From Felis catus (Eukaryota): a stretch of DNA of 64,000 nt. A model generated the notes under the pieces. The model was not told the DNA's origin. It saw only the letters and a list, made by a program, of their open reading frames with translations, and did no database searches. The DNA lies in the NCBI RefSeq assembly GCF_018350175.1, contig NC_058368.1:147004001-147068000 (forward strand). Direction: 5' to 3'. Position numbers and translations under genes: made by a program. Of the stretch, positions 62,989 through 64,000 are shown in pieces; within the stretch, counting starts at the first letter, position 1, and each line of letters begins with the position of its first letter.

Positions 62989-64000
62989 AGAAGAGCCCTG
63001 TGTTTTAACATGAATTTTGGCTCTGTTACTTCACCTATCCAGGCTTAAAAATACAGATTGCTTTTGTTCTAAGTCCAAATATAATTGTGCAGACACCTAG
63101 GCATTGCTACTGGTCTTCAAAATGCTTTTAATGTTGTTGACACTCAATTAAATGGGCAAAAAATCTTCCAACACTCTGAGTCACTGTGTTGCTTGCAAGG
63201 CTATAAACACACAGGAACTCAAACTGTCTCCAAGAATATGAACATTTCCATGTTGATTCTTCACTCTTTAAACTTCTATGAGTGTTTAGCTACAATGACG
63301 CAATGAAGAGTCTTATAGCATATCTCTTTTTCTGTGGTATTTCTTAAAGTCAGCTGGGTTTCCTGCTGGGTGGAGATGTTTTCTCCTTAAGCTGTGTTTC
63401 TTGGCTCTTTCTAACAGATACGTTTTTCTCCCACTCTAACTGCTCCCCTTCTCCAGCTTTTTTGTTTGTTTGTTTGTTTGTTTGTGATCTAGAAATGTTT
63501 TTCTTTTTTGTTCCAGTTAAGTAAATTTCTCTACTTTAATAGTCAGAAATCTGCTTCAAGCTGGATTTGTCCTAAAATTTGCTACTTAATGTAGCAAAAA
63601 AACTTAGAATACCAGGTCTAAGCAAACCTTCTTTAATGTAAAAATAATCAGCATCCCACACTTAACACGAAGCTGCTGCAACAGGGTATATACAGATCTC
63701 ACTTTGAAACACACTCACAGACATGTCACCCTCATGTTCAGCATGCAGGATGATCCCAGAAAAGCTCATTTATCTCGATCTATGCTAACCCTTAGCTCAT
63801 GAGCACTTTGCCCTCTTATGGATCTTCTGAGTTAAACTTGTACTGCAAACATGCTAGACAAAATGCCTTCAGCTGTTTTAGATAGACCTTTACCTCCAGA
63901 GATTTGGCTCAAATACAGCAGGTTATTTAGGGCACTGAGCTGGCGTATGGGTAGACATTTGGCTTAGTGCTCTGCTCTTCATGTCTGGATCTGTATTAAA

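Overview
AT-rich mammalian genomic DNA. The tRNA-derived CanSINE (SINEC_Fc-type) and L1_Fc-type repeats point to a feliform carnivore, most likely a felid. The only protein-coding sequence I can support is the 3' end of EDIL3 (Del-1) on the minus strand. It comprises the penultimate coding exon (60431-60586, [11 protein letters not shown]...QDEKQRKDK), a 20.8-kb last intron, the terminal coding exon (39459-39608, VFQGNFDND...[11 protein letters not shown]) and a ~2.85-kb repeat-free 3'UTR ending at a probable AATAAA at 36615-36620. Positions 1-36600 are downstream intergenic DNA full of transposon relics: a young 5'-truncated L1, an internally inverted L1, an ERV-L integrase/dUTPase plus MLT2 LTR, MaLR LTRs, MIR/L2 and hAT elements. 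About 15 CanSINEs occur across the whole window. Nearly all ORFs in the supplied track are repeat-derived or chance. I see no convincing novel gene system. The best leads are an orphan CpG-rich NRF1/CRE element with a splice donor at ~25.5 kb, a very young antisense SINE ~110 nt upstream of an EDIL3 splice acceptor, an in-frame tandem acceptor in the last exon, and several unusual insertion or duplication structures. Repeat family names come from recalled consensus sequences, not a database search, and most repeat boundaries are approximate.
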